Assembly (NCBI RefSeq): GCF_009914755.1
Contig: NC_060930.1
Direction: 5' to 3' (one strand)
DNA: 64,000 bases
From: the human T2T-CHM13v2.0 reference genome, Homo sapiens
Shown here: piece by piece, positions 1-64,000 of the stretch
Numbering within the stretch: position 1 is the first letter of the stretch
How the letters are laid out: every line of letters begins with the position of its first letter
The notes under the pieces: model-generated
Seen by the model: the letters and a program-made list of their open reading frames with translations, nothing else
Database searches by the model: none
What the model was told of the DNA's origin: nothing
Made by a program: the position numbers and the translations under genes

Positions 1-30
1 AGAAGGTAGCAGACAGACAGACGGATCTAA

Positions 31-20484
<20,454 letters not shown>

Positions 20485-20588
20485 GGGCTGCCCTCCCACC
20501 TCCGCTGGGAGGAACCTGAACCTGGGAACCATGAAGCTGGAAGCACTGCTGTGTCCGCTTTCATGAACACAGCCTGGGACCAGGGCAT

Positions 20589-20594
20589 ATTAAA
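20589..20594 (+). terminator. C4B: C4B poly(A) signal ATTAAA
   Basis: ATTAAA ~105 nt after the stop codon, with GT-rich sequence downstream. Confidence 0.85.
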
Positions 20595-23379
20595 GGCTTT
20601 TGGCAGCAAAGTGTCAGTGTTGGCAGCGAAGTGTCAGTGTGTGTTGCTAGGGCTGAGAGCAGTGCCCCTGCCCGATGCAGTTCTGGGCAGGCCAGGTTGA
20701 CATAACCTTAGACTCTCTGAGCCCTGATGACCCTTGGGCTGTTCAGCTCTGCTAGAACCTCCCAGATGACCCGCTAGGAGTCTAGTGCTTCACAGGACCA
20801 CCCCGAGCAGAACTGGGACCCAAGAGCCTGCACCCCAAGGACCAGAGTCCATGCCAAGACCACCCTTCAGCTTCCAAGGCCCTCCACTGCCCGGCTGTCG
20901 CCAGTCACCACGGCCTCAGACAGGGCTTGTGCTCAGCTGACACCTGTGACACAGCTCTTCTGCCTCATGAGCTGTTGTCCAGCTACACCTCCCCGACTCT
21001 GTCCTCGTGCTGCTGGCGGTTCTGAGGTCTGCAGATTTTAGCTGAGTTCCGGGCTGTTGAAAGCCTGCTGACGCTTGGTTCTGTTATCAGTGGAATGAGG
21101 TGACTTTCCCGGAGTTGTGCAATCCTCAGGTCCGGCAGTGTCTTCTTCCAGTTACTGGTTTCAAACAAGCCAAAAGTCTGACTTTGGTGTGTTTGTGAAT
21201 CCTCTGAGGAAGCCGCTGTTCTCCTGGGGTCTCCCCTTCCCACCGGACCTGCCTAACTTTCCCCCATTTAGTGGCACACCTGGGGTCTTCAGAGATGACT
21301 CCGCGTCTGTCCAAAGAAGTTTGGTGAGATCAGTTTCCGTAGAGGTCATGACAGTTCAGCAGCCTGCCATCCAGTCATTCGACAGAAATTCGGGAATCTT
21401 TCACTTCATGCCATGCCCTGTGCCAGGTGCCAGAGATACAGCTGCTCACTCCAGGGCTCATCGCTGGGGAGACAGATAAGAGGACGGGCAGTCCCCACCC
21501 TCTGTGAAAGATGTGATGTCAGGGAGCAGTGTGGTCCTGTGGGGCATCTAACCAAGTCAGGGGCATTGCCAGGCAGGGACAGGGAAGGCTTCCTGGAGCA
21601 GGTGGCCTCCAAGTGGGGCTCTGAAGACTGAGAAGGAGCCAGGCAAAGAGCAGGGGTAGATGAGGGCATCTGGGGCAGAAGGAGAATATACAAAGGCCCA
21701 GAGGCCGGGGGCAGGACAGGGTACCTTTGGGGACATTGCATGTAATTGACCACATTCGGAGTTTGGATTTGGAAGTGGTGGAAGAGATGGAGATGGTGAG
21801 ACAAGTAGTAAGCACGTCAGCCTTCCAGGTGCGCTCCTTTCCGATGAGCACTGTCTTATCCCACGTAACTTTGAGAAGTTTGGGCCTTTCCCACTGTGGC
21901 AGAGGTTTCCTGAGGCTCTTGCATACATGGCCCTATGGTTGCTCATCAGATCTTTCTCCCAGTAGCTGCTCAGCATGGTGGTGGCATAAGCCCATTTTCC
22001 GGAGCCAGGGATTCAGTTGCAGCAAGACATGGCCCGGTCTGGGAGGTCAACCATGAAGAAGGCAGTAGCTGTCATTGCCCAACCCCAGAAATCCCAATCC
22101 TGTTTTCTCCCTCTCAGTCCTGATCATGGATTCAGCAGCAGCGAACTCGCCAATGTAGTGGGTGGCACAGCCAGGGTCTTGACTCTGGCTCTGCAGTAGC
22201 ACAGTCTGGAAAAGCTCTGAGGGGAGAGAGACCCCCACTGGTCCGAGGGTCTGGCACAGAGCCAGAAATGGGGGGGAAGGTATGAGGCTGGGTCGCCTCT
22301 GACCTCTCAGGTACCATCCAGGAGGCCCTGGCCTCTCACTGAACCCGGCCACTCCTCTTTGGCATGGCCTCTTCCCAAATCCCCAAACTGCCTCCTTACC
22401 CACAAAAGTGGTCTCTGAGTGTCAGTCCAGTGGGACCCCCACCCCTTATGGCTTCAGTTCCCCAAATAGGGCTGGACCCTTGATCCTGATCCAGCTGTGG
22501 CTATCCAGCCCCTTCCTGGGGACTTTGGACTTTGAGGGGGGCATGCCCAGTTGTGCTGGGAATCCATACTTTCCCTGGCTGGAGTAGAACCTGTGGACTG
22601 TAGTCCTGAGGGCAGTCATGTTCTGCCTGTGCCTGGAAACACAAGAAACTTGACTGCAGAGAGAAGAAAGAGGAGAGAGGAACAGAGCGAGGAAACCGCC
22701 CGTCTCCGGGGCTTTTTCTGTTCCCTATCCTTGACTTTCTAAGACCAGTGGGGTCCCCTCCTCTGCTTCTTTTTCCTGAGTTCTGTGAAATTCCCCAATT
22801 CTTATTTTTTATCTCAAACCAGCTCAAGGTGGGCTGTTTTCCTTTCAACCAAAGAAAGGTGCTCCTGGTGGCTAAAGGTACATATTCGACAGCTAGATTT
22901 CCAGGCTGGAATCCTGCCCTCCACAACATGCGAACAATACCCGTGTTGCATATAGAGCATGGCTGTGAAGAGTTGAGTGAGTGCCCACAAAGCACTTAGA
23001 GCAGTGTCTGGTACATGCTATTACTCCGCAGCGGGAAACCACTTCCTCCTTTGTCTTCTGGGCACTTTTGTGAGTGAAAGGAGGCACTAATAACAATCAC
23101 ACTGGGATACCTGTATATACTGGAATGCCCCAGGCAAACCAGGCTTAAACTGTATTACTCTATCTGTAGCTTAAACTAACAAACAACCCACACAAATCAC
23201 ATTTTGTTCTTCAGGCGATTCAGGAAGGCCTATTAGGCAGGGACTGCCATTTTCTCTCTGAGACAAACATCATGCCAGTAAACTGGCCCACGGTGGGGTG
23301 GCAGAGGGAGAGGGCCCAGGTGGGGGCGGACACTATTGCCTGCACAGTTGATGTGGAACCAGAAAGCTGACTCTGGATG

Positions 23380-26338
<2,959 letters not shown>

Positions 26339-26378
26339 TGGGGCAGGACCGATGCCAGCCGGGTACCTCAGTTTCTCC

Positions 26379-26384
26379 TTTATT
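26379..26384 (-). terminator. TNXB: TNXB poly(A) signal AATAAA, inside the CYP21A2 3' UTR
   Basis: Plus strand tttatt, ~170 nt past the TNXB stop. Confidence 0.85.
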
Positions 26385-26552
26385 GCTCCCGTACGAACCC
26401 CTCCCCTCCCCCCTGTAAACACAGTGCTGCGAGATCGCTGGCAGAGAAGGCTTCCTCCAGCGGCTGGGTGGTGAAGGACCCTGGCTCTTCTCTCGGGGCG
26501 ACCCCTCAGTGCTCGGCAGTCATACTGGGGTGCGAGAGAGGTGGGCAGCAGC

Positions 26553-59171
<32,619 letters not shown>

Positions 59172-59238
59172 CTGGGACAGAGATGGTAGGGGGCTGTTAG
59201 TAAAGAATCCCCCTTTTCTTATAGTAATGATGTCTAGT

Positions 59239-59541
59239 TATTTATTTTTTATTTTTTATTTTTGAGATGGAGTCTCGCTGTCACCCAGAGCAGTGGGCGA
59301 CCTCGGCTCACTGCAGCCTCTGCCTCCCGGGTTCAAGCGATCCTCCTGCCTTAGCCTCCCAAGTAGCTGGGACTACAGGCGTGCGCCACCATGCCTGCCT
59401 AATTTTGTGTGTGTGTGTATTTTTAGTGGAGACGGCATTTGCCATGTTGGCCAGGCTGGTCTCAAACCCCTGACCTCAGGTGATCCACCTGCCTCAGCCC
59501 CCAAAGTGCTGGGATTACAGGTGTGAGCCACCACACCCAGC
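59239..59541 (-). mobile_element. Alu (S)
   Basis: Reverse dimer; TSD gatgtct. Confidence 0.9.
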
Positions 59542-59689
59542 GATGTCTGTTGCATTTGTGGAACCCGCATGATGGTTTTGATGTAAAAGCGCATTGATCT
59601 GAACATCTGTCTGGTCAACAGTCCTTCACTAGGTCCCTGCTCGGTGTCTGAGGCTGCATTTGTTGGGGGAGAAGAGTATCAACCATCAC

Positions 59690-60960
59690 TGACACCCTGG
59701 GAGAGCGCTGAAATTCCATCTATATGCCAATGACTCCAGATTTACACCCTCTGTCCAGACCTCCCCTGAACCCCAGACTAGTGTTCGTGCAACGTCTTCC
59801 TTGGAGGCCTACTTGTGTGTCAAACTCAACAAGTCCAAAACTGAGCCTCTGAGCTTCCTGACACCTGCTCCCGCCACAGCCTCCCCACCTCAGTAAGATT
59901 ACAACTTTTTTTTTTTGAGACGGAGTTTCGCTGTTGTTGCTCAGGCTGGTGTGCGATGGCGCCCTCTCGGCTCACCGCAACCTACGCCTCCTGGGTTCAA
60001 GCGATTCTCCTGCCTTAGCCTCCTGAGTAGCTGGGATTACAGGCATGTGCCACCACGTCCGGCTAATTTTGTATTTTCAGTAGAGATGGGGTTTCTCCAC
60101 GTTAGTCAGGTTGGTCTTGAACTCCCGACCTCAGGTGATCCGCCCGCCTCGGCCTCCCCAAGTGCTGGGATTACAGGCATGATCCTCCACGCCTGACCAG
60201 GATTACAACTTCATTCTTCCAGCTGCTCAGATCTAAACCGCCAGAGTCATCCCCGAGTCCTCTCTTAAACTCCACATCCGCCCTGTGGGTATCCGCCTGT
60301 TGTCACTACCTTCAGAGTCTGACCCCTCCTTGCCACCTCCAAGCACCACTGGCTCCTCCTGGATTATCACAACATTCTCTCAGGTCATCGCCTTCTGCCC
60401 TCACCCCCCTTTAGTCTGTTGGGTCTGCAGCCAGAAGGATCCTGTTAACACATTAGCCAGAGCTGGTTCCCGCAGTGGCTTCTACCTCACTCAGGGTGAA
60501 ATCCAAGTCCTGCACTGGCCTCTGAGGTCCCATATTCATCTCTTAGATCATTCCCTATTGCCTGCCCTCCTCCAACTCCACCACAAAACATACTGCATTC
60601 CTCACTGTCTGCAGACATCTGGGGCTGCTTCTCGCCTGCCAGTCTCTGCATTTGCTCTTCCTTCTGTCTGGGATGCTCTTTCCCCAAAGGCCTAGGTGGC
60701 TGTCCTCTCACCTCCTTCAGGGCTTTCCTCAGACACTGCCCTCGCAGTGAGGCCCTTGCTGTCTCCCTACTAGGCTCTGCTTTTCCCCACCACTCATCAC
60801 TGTCACATCCGGTGCCACTGACATATTTGTGCAATTTGTTGCCTGTCCCTCTCCACTAGAATGTGAGCTCCTCAGGCAGGAGCTCTGCTTTATTCACTGC
60901 TGTGTCCCAGTCCCTGGCACACAGTAGGTGCTCCACAGATGTCTGTAAAATAATGAGTGG
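59690..60960 (+). mobile_element. L2 relic (3' region)
   Basis: ...ccactagaatgtgagctcc...cctggcacacagtaggtgctc...aatga, a typical L2 3' end. Confidence 0.75.
59906..60198 (-). mobile_element. Alu (Sp-like) inserted in L2
   Basis: Reverse dimer; TSD gattacaactt. Confidence 0.9.
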
Positions 60961-61911
60961 TCTACAGGTCTGGGCTCAGGACCTGCAGATCCCCACCACT
61001 CCCGCATGAGGAAGCACTCATTAGTGAGCAAACTAGAAGGTGGTCCCAAGAGGCAAAATGGCAGAGAAGGTGGCTGGATGGGTGGGGCTCCCAAGAACTT
61101 GTTTCTCTGGCTTCCTCCGGAGGGCAAGACAAGGCTCCAAGCAAGTGACAACTGCTTAAAACAGGCTGGTGACCAGGCCTCGGGCAGACAGAAATGAGTC
61201 AGGCTGGGGAGGGCAGGCATGGAGGCAGCTGAGGTGGTGGGAGGGAGCAGAGTGACCACCAAGTATTGAACATCTACTATGTACAGGTACCAGGCTGGGC
61301 ATTTTCTCTCATTTCATTTGCCTTCTAACCTTACTTGTTCCTGCAGCACCCATTCCCTGCTCCTTTTTGCCCTCTCTGCACTTCTTTCCATGAGGGAATG
61401 AAAATGTCCTTCACCATCAAGCTTTATTGCTGGTGGTTTGGATTAACTGGAAAGGTACAATTATAACGATTCATGACTCTGGCAGTCCCCATGCTGCATG
61501 TGGGACAGTCCTTTTCCAATTTAGAAGTGTGTCTAATGAGCTCCACGCACCTCTCCCCCTGGCAACTGCACTGTGTGTGCTGCCAGACACAGCCCCCAGC
61601 TTGGCGGACTCCAGCTGCTTCGTCCTTTTGCTGCTCTGATAATGCGCACTGATGCCCATTTCTTTCCTAAAGGGCCTCATCTATTTTATCCAGGACGTGT
61701 AAAATACATGTTTCAAAATATCCAGCATTAGAACATGGATATACAGGGATTCCCTCACGGGAAGGTCTGAGCAAAAGATGAATGAGCTGAGAAGATGCCA
61801 GACATGTTACATCACCACCTTTAACCGTGACAACAAGCTGGGCAGCGTTTACTCCCTCCTGAATATGAGGAAGCTGAGGTTCCAGGAGAGGAGGTAAGTT
61901 TTTCAAGATCA

Positions 61912-62341
<430 letters not shown>

Positions 62342-62950
62342 TTACCCCAGGGACCAGGCACAGGGCCTCACAGAGCCCAGTGTGGGTCCCTGGGACAGAG
62401 CGGCAGAGGGAGGGTCACTCCAGGAGCAGACTTGGCAGCATGTCTGGGCCTGGCACCAGCCTCCACCCTACAACCTCAGGCCCCAAGGACAGCCACTCAG
62501 GGTGGCTTTGCCGTCTCCCTCTTCTCAGGGCTGACTGAGGCAAAGAAAATAAATTGAGGGTGGAAGGTTCTGGAAATGAAATCAACCAAGTCATGATGAG
62601 GCTGAGCTTGGTGGAATTACAGAAACCATGTTCTGGAAAACTATCTATTTCTCTACTTTTAATTTTTTAATCTTTCCCCTTATAGTAAAAGTTATTTTTG
62701 AGAAAGGTGTGTCTTTGTTTCTGTGAGCAAAGGAAAAAAGAGATTCCCCTCACTGTGACTAAACCGGGCAGGTCAGCCCGAGGGTCCCAGAGGCACTGCT
62801 GTCCACTCAGCCTCTTGGGCTGAGGCCCTGGAGAGGAGGTGCCCAGGCTGGTCCTGTGTGGTGGTGGATGTGGCCCTGTAACCAGGCCTGAGAGAAAGGG
62901 TGGAAGGGATGTTCTTCTTTGCTGTAAAGTCACTCACTGGATGAGTATTA

Positions 62951-63360
<410 letters not shown>

Positions 63361-63367
63361 GCTTTGT

Positions 63368-63964
<597 letters not shown>

Positions 63965-64000
63965 TTACATCTGTTAACTCACTTAACCCTCACAATAACT

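Noticed and set aside
20950-22400. Minus-strand ORF fragments between C4B and CYP21A2 (possible decayed gene or antisense lncRNA exons)
   Set aside because: No recognisable domain and frames are broken; a lncRNA cannot be supported from sequence alone. A tBLASTx against vertebrate genomes would settle it.

Overview
Human MHC class III RCCX locus (6p21.3). The window starts at the C4 cap site. It holds a complete long C4B gene (41 exons, 1744 aa, LSPVIH isotype, Chido-type residues) with the 6.36-kb antisense HERV-K(C4)/HML-10 provirus in intron 9. Next is an intact, functional-type CYP21A2 (494-aa allele; none of the common pseudogene-derived lesions I checked). The 3' part of TNXB (exons 12-44) lies on the minus strand and overlaps the CYP21A2 3' UTR. 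TNXB introns carry many Alus, old L1/L2/MIR/MER5A relics, internal exon-pair duplications and a 5S rRNA pseudogene. This is a heavily studied locus and I see no support for a wholly new gene system. The best second-look signals are inside the provirus: directional G-to-A hypermutation, an apparently mosaic interior with two tandem env N-termini, loss of the RT YxDD motif, and a mutated poly(A) signal in the 3' LTR. TNXB also shows tandem 6-nt splice acceptors. Comparisons to reference proteins and repeat families are from recall, not searches.
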